Origin: Ascoidea asiatica JCM 7603
Lineage: Eukaryota; Fungi; Ascomycota
Direction of reading: 5' to 3'
Assembly (NCBI GenBank): GCA_001600695.1
Contig: BCKQ01000005.1
Span: 494,093 to 558,092, forward strand
DNA length: 64,000 nucleotides
Shown: piece after piece, positions 49,508 through 61,399 of the stretch
How positions within the stretch are numbered: the first letter of the stretch is position 1
Layout of the letters: each line of letters starts with the position of its first letter
Notes under the pieces: generated by a model
The model's database searches: none
The model's input: only the letters and a program-made list of their open reading frames with translations
What the model was told of the DNA's origin: nothing
Made by a program: the position numbers and the translations under genes

Positions 49508-50536
49508 TTAAGTTAATAAATTGAATAAATTTTTATAATCCGATTGAAAATTATTATTAAAATCTTGAATTAAATATAATAGATCATTTTCAACATTATC
49601 ATAAATAACATTTTGAATATCACCAAAGAAATCAGTTATTAAAACTTCAGAAAGATTTCTTTTGAATAGGTCAGTTCTAACACCAGCATGAGAATGAATA
49701 TTTTCAAAAGTATAAGAATTGAATAAATTTTGAATTGATAATTTTGAATTTTTATTAATCTTTTCTAGAAAATCAAGATTATAATAAGTAAATCTATCAA
49801 TTACTGCCACACCGATTTCAACATCAGAATGATGAGAATACGAAGATTCATCCAACTCTGAAGAACCAACAGCTAAAATATTTGGAGAATAGAATTTTGA
49901 ATACATTGTATTTGCTTGACAGGTATCAATCATAAAAAAGATTTCATTATATCTTTTTTTTTCATACATTTGTTGAAAAGCATCAGCAATATCATAAGAA
50001 CTAATCTCTTCAGCATCTTGAAATTTTAAAAATTCATCACCACCATGACCAGTCATATATATAAATATATTTGAATTTTCATCAGTTAAAAGTCTTTTTG
50101 ATCTTGGATGTTCAGGACCCCATCTGTCAGTTAATAGTCTTATAAAATTCTCTACAGTTACATCATAGCCTCTATAATCTACTTGAATATTATCACCATA
50201 TAAATCTATTTCTCTTCTAGCATTATTGAATACTGAACCAGAAAATGAATTTCTTGAATTGCAGGCAATATCATCGGCCAACATTAAAATGATTTGAGAA
50301 TCCGGAATACCTAATCTTTTTACAGTTCTATACATAGATAAAGTATTTGCAATATGTCTATAATTAAACCAGAATCGTGAAGTGTCTACCAATACAGCCC
50401 AGTTATTTGTATGATGAGAAGTGGAAGAAATAGTTTCACCATCAGCGGTTTGTCCTTCAGATTGATCTAAATCGTTGGAATTGGCAAATCGCCACAATAA
50501 AAAAAAAGTTATGAATAGTATTCTACCAAACCACAT
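49508..50536 (-). CDS. GPI8: GPI transamidase catalytic subunit (C13 peptidase)
   Basis: Signal peptide from ATG 50536, HTNNWAVLV.TSRFWFNYRH, YMTGHGG (catalytic His), IDTCQA (catalytic Cys). Confidence 0.96.
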   Translation of the reverse strand: MWFGRILFITFFLLWRFANSNDLDQSEGQTADGETISSTSHHTNNWAVLVDTSRFWFNYRHIANTLSMYRTVKRLGIPDSQIILMLADDIACNSRNSFSGSVFNNARREIDLYGDNIQVDYRGYDVTVENFIRLLTDRWGPEHPRSKRLLTDENSNIFIYMTGHGGDEFLKFQDAEEISSYDIADAFQQMYEKKRYNEIFFMIDTCQANTMYSKFYSPNILAVGSSELDESSYSHHSDVEIGVAVIDRFTYYNLDFLEKINKNSKLSIQNLFNSYTFENIHSHAGVRTDLFKRNLSEVLITDFFGDIQNVIYDNVENDLLYLIQDFNNNFQSDYKNLFNLLT

Positions 50537-50737
50537 AGTATCGATATATATATATAAATAGGTAGTTATATTCAACCACTCTCCAAGCAATAGTGCTTAA
50601 ACTAATTCAAAACATATATTCAACCAAACAGCATATTATAATCCCCCAGAGAAAGAATTGAAAACAGGTATGAGTGATGAGCGTTTGAAATAGATCTGAG
50701 TTTGAGTGCTGACAGCCCAGCACCGCGTCATAATCTC

Positions 50738-50776
50738 ATCACGTGATAGTACCTTATATCTGGTCTCAACACGCGT
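50738..50776. promoter_or_regulatory. E-box ATCACGTGAT plus MCB ACGCGT in the GPI8/ITC1 divergent promoter
   Basis: 50738-50747 and 50771-50776. Confidence 0.45.
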
Positions 50777-51410
50777 AATTGCTTTGACTGTAAGTTAACT
50801 GTAGCCTTACTGTAGCTTAGCGGTAAGAGTAATACCGGCAGTGGTTGGTATACCCTCCATAGCTAGTTCCTGTACCACAGTACTCTGCGATTGGACTGGA
50901 TCTGTTTATCTTTTTTTGCCTTTTCTATATTCTGTTCTATTCTCTTCTCTTCTTTTTTAATTTATATTTTTATTCCTTTCTCCTTTCTCTTAAGAAATGA
51001 TTGAATAATCTTTTTTATTTCATTCTTTTTTCACTTCACCAATATCAATAACAATATAAAAACCATTTTTATCATCTTCATTGATATATTTACTGATTCC
51101 AATATTCAAAGGTACTCTATTTACTCGGAGATAACTTTACTGGGTTCCTGAAATATACTAATATTAAGTTTTACAATAGCAGTTATATTTATACAAGTAC
51201 CGTATTTGATATTTTAAATTTATTCATTTCCTTGAAAATTAGTTTATTTGCTTCAAAATTTTGTATTTCATTTTATTTTAATTCAAACTTATTGTATTAT
51301 ATATATATATATATATATATTGGAACCATTACATTATATCAAAATACATAAGATATTACAATATCATATAATATCATTTTTGATATAAAGTTATAAGTTA
51401 TTATTAAAAA

Positions 51411-54400
51411 ATGGTATGTATTCATATATTCCATCTTTTACTGAGGTATTTCCTTTTCTTTTTTTTTTTCTTTCCCTCTCTATCTCTCTTTCCTCGTCAA
51501 GTATATTTCATATTCAAAAGTTTATAATTATGCTTACATATAGTATATTCAAATACTGTATTTATATTTTTTCTTAGATTCTAACAAATTTCATTTATTT
51601 TCAAAAATTTAAAGGTTCTATATAAAAGAAAGCCAGTTATATATCAATCTCCACCAGAATTACCAATTGATTCCTCAACTAGAGTTTGGTATATACCTGA
51701 AACAAAAGAATGGTTTTTAACTTATAATGAATATTTAAAAAAAATTGATTATTATAATGAAAAAAAATTTGTTTGTGAAATTTCTGGTAATTCTTGTTTT
51801 ACTTATTTTCAAGCTTTAAATTCAGAAAAAAAAGAAATTCAGTTAATTAATCAAAATTTTCCAAATGCTTTAAAAGAACCAATTTTGAGATTTATTCAAT
51901 TTTCAACCATTTCAAGAATTGATCAATTAGTTGATAAAGTTTATTCAAATTTTAAAAATGAATTTTTTCCTGGTGAATTAATTTCTGTTAAATTCAATAA
52001 TGATCAAATTAAAAAAAATGGTTATATTAGAGAAAAAGCAAAATTTACAAATCATTGTAATTATAGAATAACTTTAATTGATAGTAATAATCAAGAAGTT
52101 GATGTTAATGAAAATTCAATCTCGAGAAACAGAAATAACTTTACAAAATGGTATGTTAAAACATTTATAAAATTAACTGTTTCAAGATCTTCAAGAATTG
52201 GTTCTCCATGGATTGTAAAAGATGAATTTGCTAAAAAATATAATATTTCAACGAATTATCCAAATTATTTAATTAAATATTTTCAAAATGTTAATCAAGA
52301 TAATCAAAATCATAATCAAATTGATAATCAGAATGTTATCGAAATTGATACTCATACTGACACTGAAAATGAAAATGATATTGAAAGTGGAAATGATGAA
52401 GGTGAAAGTGACAATGAAAACACGAATACAAAAATAAATAAAAAACTAAGGAATAAAAATAAAGCTAAACTGAATTCTAAAATAAAAGCAAAAACGAAAA
52501 CTAAATCAAAAATAAAATCAAAATTAAAAGATAAAGGTAAAATGAATTTAAAAAAAGATAAAGTTAAATTAGAACCAAAATTTAATACAAATGAAAATAA
52601 TAATGCTTTTAAAAATTCTTCAACTTTTTTGTCTTATGATAATAATCTGAAATTATTCAAAAAAACTGAAGATTTAAGTTATACTAATAATGTAATTAAT
52701 GTAAATAATGTAAATAATGAAAATTTTTCAAATGTAAAATTCAAAAATTATCAATCAAATCATAATTCTCAAAATATTATTAATAATCTTAGTGATAATG
52801 ATAATAGTAATCAAAATTCATTAAATAAAAAAAGAGAATCAACTATTATTTCAAATTCAATTTCAAATTTCACTCTGTCAAATATACTCAACGATCCAAG
52901 TGAAATAAATCAAAGTGCAAATCATAATATTAATCTAAATCAAAACTATCACCAAATATTACCCGCTCCCACTTCTCCTTTCTCTTCTTTATCTTCTAAT
53001 GATTCCCGTTCAAATGTAAAATATGATTCATCTTTTGGATTACTACAATTTCCAAATGCAAAAGTTAGAAGAATTTTACCTAAACAGATGCAATTGCAAT
53101 ATCATTTACTTCAACAACAAAATCAAGATCAATTCCAGAATTTTCAAAATCCAATTAAAAATGATAATTTTGAAAATGATAATTTAATAGCTAAACCAAA
53201 AAGAGGTAGAAAAAAAAGACAAAGGACTCAAGATGAAATAGAATTAGAAATTCAAAAGCTAAACGAAAAAGATTTCAAAAAAGAGAAAAAAATTTCGAAG
53301 AAGAAACGAAAATCAAATTTTCCAACGATTGATAATTTTATTCATCATGATAACAATTTAAATTCTGATAATACTATTAATAATAATAATGATGATGATT
53401 CAACAGCCGATATGAATGATTTATCTGTAGATACTTTGTCAAATAAAAATGAAAAATCTATTAAAAAATTAAAATCTCATAAAAAATATAAATCAAAAAA
53501 GAATAATAGCATTCTTGAAAATTTTGATGAAATTGAAATTGATAACCATTCTCCACAAAATTCAATTCCACAAACTCCAAAAGGAGAAATTCTTATGCCA
53601 ATTATTCCTCCTCTACCAATAGTTCATGAAATTAAAGAAGATTTTTTATTTCCCTATAATCCATTGATTAATTTTTTGTCTTTAGAGTCTTCAAAGAAAA
53701 TTTTGAAAAAACCGAATTTCAAAAAGCTCAATTCAATTGAACATATTAGTGAAGCTTTACAATCGTGGTCTTTTTTAAATATCTATAGAAAACCATTAGC
53801 ATTAGATACATTTACATTTGATGATTTTATAACATGCTTAAATATCAATGATGTAGATCTAGCTCCAGATAATACTTTATTGAATGAAATTTTTTGTTCA
53901 TTATTAAGTTTAATTCTTAATAAAAAAAATCTAAATAATGGTATAGAAGAAACTTCAAAATCAAAATCCAATAAAAAATATATAGATTATGATTTATATT
54001 TAACACCATTACCTATTGAAGAAAATTGGCTTGATTCAGAAGATGAAGAAATATTGAGAGATACAAATTCTCAAGTAATCAAAATCAATCAAGAAAACAA
54101 TGAAACAGAAGACGAAGATAAGGATGATAAGGAAATTAAGATTGAAAAGATTGAAGTCCAAAATGGAAAGAATGAAAAAAAAATAGACTCAATTGAAAAA
54201 GTTGAAGAAAAAGTCGTTGTCACAGTTAATCAAAAACTTCATGAAATAGAAGAAGGTGGAGCTAATAGTGAAACACGGGAGGTTGGGCAAGAACCTAAAA
54301 ATAAAGCTAAAGAAATAGAAGAACCCAAATCATCTATTGAAGAAGAGGACGAAGCATACATGTTTATCCTTGATAGAGCGGTTAATTATCGAAATACTTC

Positions 54401-56654
54401 CTGGCAAGAAAGATTATTCAAACGTCAATTTAAAGATGGATACTGGCAACTAATTATGTTAGGTTTTTTAGGAACGCTTAGGAATGTTGATATTTATTCC
54501 AAATTTATTTCTGAAGTTCAAACAATACTATTACCTCCATTAACAAAACTTTCCCAGCTAACCCCCATGTTTATTATGAAAAATTTTTATTCAAAATTAA
54601 CCATCGAGCATAAAGTCCGAATACTTGATATTTTTTGCCAAATTTTAACAATAGGGCCCATAATTAGAAATCATATTGACTTTTCTATGGAAGAGAGTAT
54701 CCAATTAAGAAGAGATAGACTCGAAAAAATCAGAGAGCATAAGTCCCTTATTGAACAAGCAAGAGATTATAATGCTCTGGCGCAAGAATTATTAAAGGAG
54801 CAGCCACTGATTGATGAAAAGAAAAGTAATGAAAATGATGATAAAAAAGAAGCTAATAAAGTTAATGACCATTCGGATAAGGAATACTATACCGATAAAG
54901 ATAAGACTGAAGCGAATGATAATAAAGATAAAGATGTTGAAAAAATGAAAAAACCAAGGCGCAGAAATTGGACTTTACGTTACCAAGCAACACCAGAAGA
55001 GCTTGAGTTTGCCAAAGCTAATAAAGAGTTTGAGAAACTTATAGAGAAACGAAAAGAATTAATAAAGGAAGCTAATGAATTCCGCAAGCAAAAAAAAGAA
55101 ATTGAAAAACAGCTCATGGAGATTGATTGTCAGCGGATGACAATTCTCGGAAAAGACAGATTTTTTAATAGATATTGGTGGTTTGAAAATAATGGACTAC
55201 CAAGACTTTCGAATACTGGGAATAGTAATATAGATGGAGAAGATAATGAAAGTGAAAATGAAAATGAAAATGGTACCAAAGGAAGTTTAAATGAACATGA
55301 GGATGAAGTTGAAGATGATGATGATGAAGTTATGGAGGAAACGTATTTGATGGGTAGATTATGGATTCAGGGGCCAAGTAAAGAAGACTTAGAATATTTT
55401 CTTAATACCAAACTTGAAGAAGCAGAAAAAGCTTCTACTCTTCTCAAAAATTATTCTAAAGAAGATGAAAAGAAGGATGAAGAAGAATTTGTCCTTGGAA
55501 AAAGAATAAAAAAACCATTTTCCGAAGTTAAAACAGAAAAGAATCCTTCAAATGTTAAATCCGCTGGAAATGTATTAAATTTGGATGATTCTTTGAAATC
55601 AGAAAAAAAAAGTCAACATGAAAGCTTGAATTCTTTGAAACTTCCAGAAAGTTTCAAAAAAGTTTGCAGTGAGGTCTTCAATCTTGAATTTAACCCTACC
55701 TCATTTGAGTTGAAAAGAACAAGTTCAAGTGTTAACTTTAATACTAAAAAAAAATTGGAAAATGATTCCAAACCAATTGGGAAATCTCATATTTTATTAA
55801 TTGATAAATCAGGAAATTTGATTGCCACCGATAAAAATGAAGTTATATTAAATCCAATGGAAAGGAAACTAGTAGAGGAGAAACCTGATCCCTTATTATT
55901 GGCAAATGACTGGAGATTTATTGATGATATAGAAGAAATTGATAAATTACTTGAATGGCTTAATCCATGGGGTATAAGAGATGGTGCTCTTAAAAAAGTA
56001 TTAATGTCAGTTAAAGGTCGCATAATTTCATCTATTGAAGCAAGAAGAAAAGCATTATATTTAGATGAACCTCCAAAAGAAGAAAAAGATTTGGAAGAAG
56101 AGATTATGAGTACTATTATATCTGGTTCTGAAATAGAGGAAGAGCCCGAAGGTGAAGAGGAAGATATAGAACAGGAGGTCGAAAGTAATTTTGATAAAGG
56201 TAAAGAAATTGAAAATGAAATTCTTCATCCAAGAACAAGACGAAATACAAGAAATATGGCTAAAATTGAAAAAATGTTGGAAGAGAGAAAAACGAAAAGT
56301 AAGAGTGGTAGTGCTATCAATAATATCAATAACAATATTAAAGCAAGTTTACGAATATTTAAAAGGGAGGCTAGGAAAAAAAAGTTAAAAGAACATGAAG
56401 ATAAAAAACAAAAATATCTAGATAGTATAGAAAAACTTAAAAAATTGAGAATTGATAGAGAATTACAAAGAAGCTTTGAGTATGTTAATTTGACCGGTCA
56501 ATTAAACTTTGATGGAAATATATTTAATAATAGTAATAGTAAGAATACACACAGTGGAGTCATTAGTAGTAATAGCAATGGTGATAACTACAGTGATAAT
56601 GGTGTTAATGGCAATAAAAATGGAAATCGAAAAAGTAAACGTAAAAAAAAATGA
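51411..56654 (+). CDS. ITC1: Isw2-complex subunit Itc1 (WAC/DDT/WHIM); exons 51411-51413 and 51615-56654 (1680 aa)
   Basis: ATG|GTATGT...TTCTAAC...AAG|GTT CTA TAT AAA AGA AAG CCA restores the Itc1 N-terminus MVLYKRKP. WAC (FVCEISG), DDT (LDTFTFDDF), LGKDRFFNRYWWFE and WLNPWGIRD are present. Confidence 0.93.
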
Positions 56655-58508
56655 TTAAATGGTGGTTATCACACTACATTATTAAGATATGTGCACTGAT
56701 GTATAAGACATAAATAAATAAGGAAGATTCTTTAAAGTAAAAGAAATCTATGAAATGAATATAAATGAGTAAATCAAATGGATCATTTACTGAAATTAGA
56801 TTGATGTTATATGTTTAAAAGAAGAAGCAAGTTTTTATAAAAAGTAACCATCATTCTTTTGCAAATCCATTTTTAAAAAAAAGGGAAATATAGAAGAATT
56901 TCTCTAGAAAATTTGGGAGACGCAGATTCAACATAAGTGACAAAGTTTTCCAACTACTACCAGTTCCGATGGAAATCATTTTCAAGAGATAGTGAGATGA
57001 ATAAAAGAACTATAAGGTAATACTTAACTGTACTTTAATTATATAATTTATTTTAGACTCTTTCATATTAAGTCCTAATGCAGGGTCTAATTTTTGTACA
57101 TACAAATGCATTCAATGACCGTTCATTTTCTGACGATAATGTTGTGTAGTAAAGTATGATTTAAAATATAATGATTTTATTACTGATAAAAAATCAAATC
57201 TAAATTCTTTTATTGTCTATAGTAATGTATTGATATTATTATAGCTGGGATTATGAATCATTTAAAATGATATAAAGGCTCGTGTACTGTAGATATGCAT
57301 TTTTTTTTTTTCAAGTGATGTTGAATTTAGTGAATTTATATTTGTGTTATATTGGTTTAGGTTAAAATTTTGAAATAACTTCAAGTTTTTGATATTCAGA
57401 ATCAAAGTTCATAAATTTGAATTTCAAACTTATTCAAATACAACTTTTGTTAATAAAAAAATGTAATGAAGATGGTATGGTTAGTTTTAATTCATTTTGA
57501 TTTTAATTAACACAATTACTAGTCTCTGATACATACCGTATATCTCCAATTATTTTTCTAATTAGACTTTGAATTATTAATTTTTCCAATAATTTTGTTT
57601 TCCTGTTTGACTGTTTTATAGACGAGATCATTGAATTTCTTTCATAGGTTGCTTTTTATATCCTATTTTATTGATTATTGTATGTATTAAATCTTTTTAC
57701 TCTTAAGTTTTTATAGTTTCTAAATCATACACCTTATAAATTCCATGAAAGATAAATACTTTTCAAAGTTGACAAAATATTACAAAATTATTTTTTCACT
57801 GGCTTACAATCGAAGATACGTACTTGTTTTTATAAATTATGATCCATTTAAGAAAAAATGCACATTTTTGCTATTTTACTTTTTTTTGTGAAACTTCGTT
57901 TTCTTAATGATATTTTGCTGCTGAAAAAGGATGTCGGAATTACTTGATCGGGAAATTTCTGTCGTTCCTGAATGAAAATGACCACCAGTAAGGGTTTATC
58001 AATTGATTGATAAATAACAAAAGAAACTAAAGCTATTTTTCTTCAATGATTGTAAAATTTAATGTTTCGAAGTCAAAAAAAAATAGGTAACCATTACATT
58101 ACTTTTATATTATTGTATTATAGAAATGTATATACTGATATGAATAAGGAAAAAGAAACAAGTAATAGTATAAAAAATTGCAGATAACTAAATAAAAGCA
58201 AAAATTTTAGCTAAAATATGAAATGGATATAGATTAGTAATATAAATGACATAAATGAGATAATATATATATATATAATTTTTTTTGTAGTTGATGAACT
58301 ACAAGCTAAGAGTTAAATTGATATTTGATGTGAAAAGAAAAAATGAAAAAGTAAGCGAAAAAAGTAGATTTTAAGTTATAGAATAAGAGAAAAAATTAGT
58401 ACAAAAAGACATAAGAATTTATATAAAAAAGTATAATATAAAAAAAAAAGTATTGAACAAATATTCAATTAATTTTGTTTTGAATTAAGTTTGATGGTAA
58501 TTGACGAT

Positions 58509-59249
58509 CTAATTTGAATTTTTATTTGAATTTTTATTTGAAGTTTGATTTGAACTTTTGTTTGAGTGATTATCATTTAAATCTATATCTAATTCTTTAA
58601 TTATATGATTTATATCAAGATTTTTTAAATTTGCAATCATTGAAATTATGCTCAAAGCTATATCCTTTAGATCATTATATTGATTTAATTTTAAGATATG
58701 ATTTTTAATAATTAATTCAGAATTATTTAAATTTTGAATTGACAGAGAATTTTTATTATTTTCATTATTGTTATTAGATTTAGATAAGTTTTCGGATTTT
58801 TGATTTTGATCCTGATTTTGATCTTGATTTTGATTATCTAATTCATAAATTAAAACTTCACATTGTTTTGTTATTGATTTCAAAGTTATTTCTTTTGATC
58901 TTAATTTTTGAATTTTTGAAATTAAGTTTTTTTTATCTTTAAGTGATAAATTTTTTGAGTTAATGAAATGGTTTTTAGTATTAATTATTAATTTTTTAAG
59001 GGAATTTGAATCATGTTCTTTAATAACTAATTCTTTTAAAAATTCAGGTTCAATATTGCTATTATTATTATTATCATCAGTATCAATAAGAGTATCGGTG
59101 TTGATATTAAGATTTGTATTTTTGTTATTTTCTTTATTATTATTAGTATTATTAAGTAAGGGATTTATTGAATTTATGGATATACCTTTATTTAGATTCA
59201 AATTTACACTTGAATTTAAATTTGGATTTGAAGTTGTCTTTTTAATCAT
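58509..59249 (-). CDS. SAE3: Swi5/Sae3 recombination mediator with Asn-rich N-terminal extension
   Basis: IIKNHILKLNQYNDLKDIALSIISMIA is the Swi5-family motif. It lies near IRE1, as in S. cerevisiae. Confidence 0.85.
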   Translation of the reverse strand: MIKKTTSNPNLNSSVNLNLNKGISINSINPLLNNTNNNKENNKNTNLNINTDTLIDTDDNNNNSNIEPEFLKELVIKEHDSNSLKKLIINTKNHFINSKNLSLKDKKNLISKIQKLRSKEITLKSITKQCEVLIYELDNQNQDQNQDQNQKSENLSKSNNNNENNKNSLSIQNLNNSELIIKNHILKLNQYNDLKDIALSIISMIANLKNLDINHIIKELDIDLNDNHSNKSSNQTSNKNSNKNSN

Positions 59250-59950
59250 TTTATGCTAATAATGATCTTAGACTATTTAACTATAAATATACTGTAGATA
59301 TTTGATATAGATAAATGATATAATATATGTGTATGATATAAGAGATATATGAAATATGAAATATGAAAAAAATTAGATCTGAAGTAGTGAAAAAGTTTTT
59401 CAATAAATACATATACCCTATATTTATTTATATAAGAATTTTAGTGAATAAAGAAAACGAGAAAATGAGAAAATGAGATTCATAATTATTGAAAGCTAAA
59501 TCATATTTTATTATGTTTTGTATTTGATTATTTGATTATTTGATTATTTGATATTGGTATTGCAGTTCGGTGGGCCAGTCAGCACCATGACGTCAGGCGC
59601 ACAAACTGAAAACCAGCACAACTGCCAGCACGCAGCGAATGAACACACTCTGAGTCATTAAAAGTCAACCCAGGCAGTGTAGCGTTGCCACAAATATCCG
59701 CACAGATCCTTGCTCACTGGGTGTGGATACAGAGGCAGAAAAAAGTGCACCCAAGCATGTGATTTAGTCGGAAGTGATAATTCCCATTTGGGTGTTGCAG
59801 GAGCGGGTATGAACGATTTCTATCTTTCTTGGAAAAATCGGAATTTACCGTTGATAGGGTAACTAACGTTACGGCAAACATAAGTAATTTTATTCTTAAT
59901 ATTATTCATCTTCGGGTATTACGAAATTGTCAAAGAGAAAAAGAAGGGAA

Positions 59951-60979
59951 ATGGTTAAGAAGAATAAATTTCAAGATCAAGATAAAGATGGAAATCAAAG
60001 TCAAGAACAAAATCAAAGTCAAAGTCAAGGTCAGAGGATAAAACCTGGGATAGAGTTTATTAATTTGTTATCTGGATTCAAGAACAAAGCTAATACCAAT
60101 AATCGTGATCTCAGAAGATTTGATGATGGATTTAAAGTGAATAAAACTAAAATGATTAAATCCAGAGTGATAAAATCCAAAGTTGGAGAAAAGGACATAA
60201 TAAAAAGCAGAATCAAAAATCAAATCAAGCGAAAAATCAAAAATAATGATGATGATACAAATATTGTTAAATATAAACCTGAAGAGTTGAAAAAAGTGCC
60301 AGATTTATTGAAAGACAATTTAGAGCTTGTATTTATTGGATATAATCCCTCAATTCAAAGTTCATTAAAATGTCATAGATATGCACATGCAACCAATTTA
60401 TTCTGGAAATTATTAATTGAATGTGAAATCTTCCAAAGTGATTATAAAATCAATGAATTGAATTTTCAGAATTCAGATTTAATGCTATTTAATTCTTATA
60501 ATATTGGTTTCACGGATCTTGTTTCATTACCAACTAGGAATATTAAAGAATTAACTGCAGAGGAATTAAATAATAATGTACCAATATTGTTAAATAAAAT
60601 GAAGAAGTATAAACCAAAAAGAATATGTTTTATTGGTAAAGGTATCTGGTTGCTAATAATTAATTTTTTTACCGGTAAGAAAAATTCAAAATGTGAATAT
60701 GGAGCAGTTGATCTTTCATCTAAAACAACAAATAATGCTACACCAAATGAAAACAATGCTAATAATAATAATAATAATAATAAAACTGAGAAGAAAAAGC
60801 AGATAAAACAGACAAAACAAAGACAGTTTGTTTACTCCAAGTTGATCCAGATGCTCGGATACACTCCTGAAGCAGTGCATGTGATGCCCAGCACATCAGG
60901 GCTTGTGGCTGGAGTGTCTCGTGCCACAAAGTTGAAGCTGTTTGTGGATCTCAATGCGGATCTCCATCAGAACGGATGA
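59951..60979 (+). CDS. TDG/MUG-family mismatch-specific uracil/thymine DNA glycosylase (Thp1-like)
   Basis: VPDLL...LVFIGYNPS, HRYAHATNLFWKLL, IGFTDLV..PT, KPKRICFIGKG, VMPSTSG. The first ATG is 59951; the track start at 59927 is TTG. Confidence 0.9.
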   Translation: MVKKNKFQDQDKDGNQSQEQNQSQSQGQRIKPGIEFINLLSGFKNKANTNNRDLRRFDDGFKVNKTKMIKSRVIKSKVGEKDIIKSRIKNQIKRKIKNNDDDTNIVKYKPEELKKVPDLLKDNLELVFIGYNPSIQSSLKCHRYAHATNLFWKLLIECEIFQSDYKINELNFQNSDLMLFNSYNIGFTDLVSLPTRNIKELTAEELNNNVPILLNKMKKYKPKRICFIGKGIWLLIINFFTGKKNSKCEYGAVDLSSKTTNNATPNENNANNNNNNNKTEKKKQIKQTKQRQFVYSKLIQMLGYTPEAVHVMPSTSGLVAGVSRATKLKLFVDLNADLHQNG

Positions 60980-61310
60980 CAGGACGCCTGATGCGACTAT
61001 TTCCATCAAGGCGGTTTGGAATTTTCTAGAATAGTCAATGAATGAACTGTAGCATATGGAGCAGAAACAGCACCAACAGCAACAGGAGCTTCACCAAGCC
61101 CAGCAAGTTCTGGTGCTTCTGATTCCGGTTCCTGACCCGGATGGCTGAGTGAGCAGCCGATGTTTCACCACTGACAATATCCACGGTATTATTAGCACAG
61201 TAACACTATTTCAAAAATCTATCTTTTGCCAAAGGCACTTGGCTTCCTTCCACTTGCAAATCTTACCGAAATGATAACAAAAGTACTGGGCAAATTCTAG
61301 TACCATACTA

Positions 61311-61399
61311 ATTCTACGGTTATTCTACGGTTATTCTACGGTTATTCTACGGTTATTCTACGGTTATTCTACGGTTATTCTACGGTTATTTCTACGGTT
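61311..61399 (+). repeat. 11-bp tandem array ATTCTACGGTT: 7 perfect copies plus 1 with a +1 insertion
   Basis: Direct sequence, about 600 bp upstream of the IRE1 ATG. Confidence 0.95.

Noticed and set aside
50673-50713. GTGATGA...CTGA...CTGA as a C/D snoRNA
   Set aside because: Only about 40 nt and no rRNA-complementary guide recognised.
61311-61399. Tandem array as CRISPR
   Set aside because: No spacers, 11-bp unit, eukaryotic context and no cas genes.
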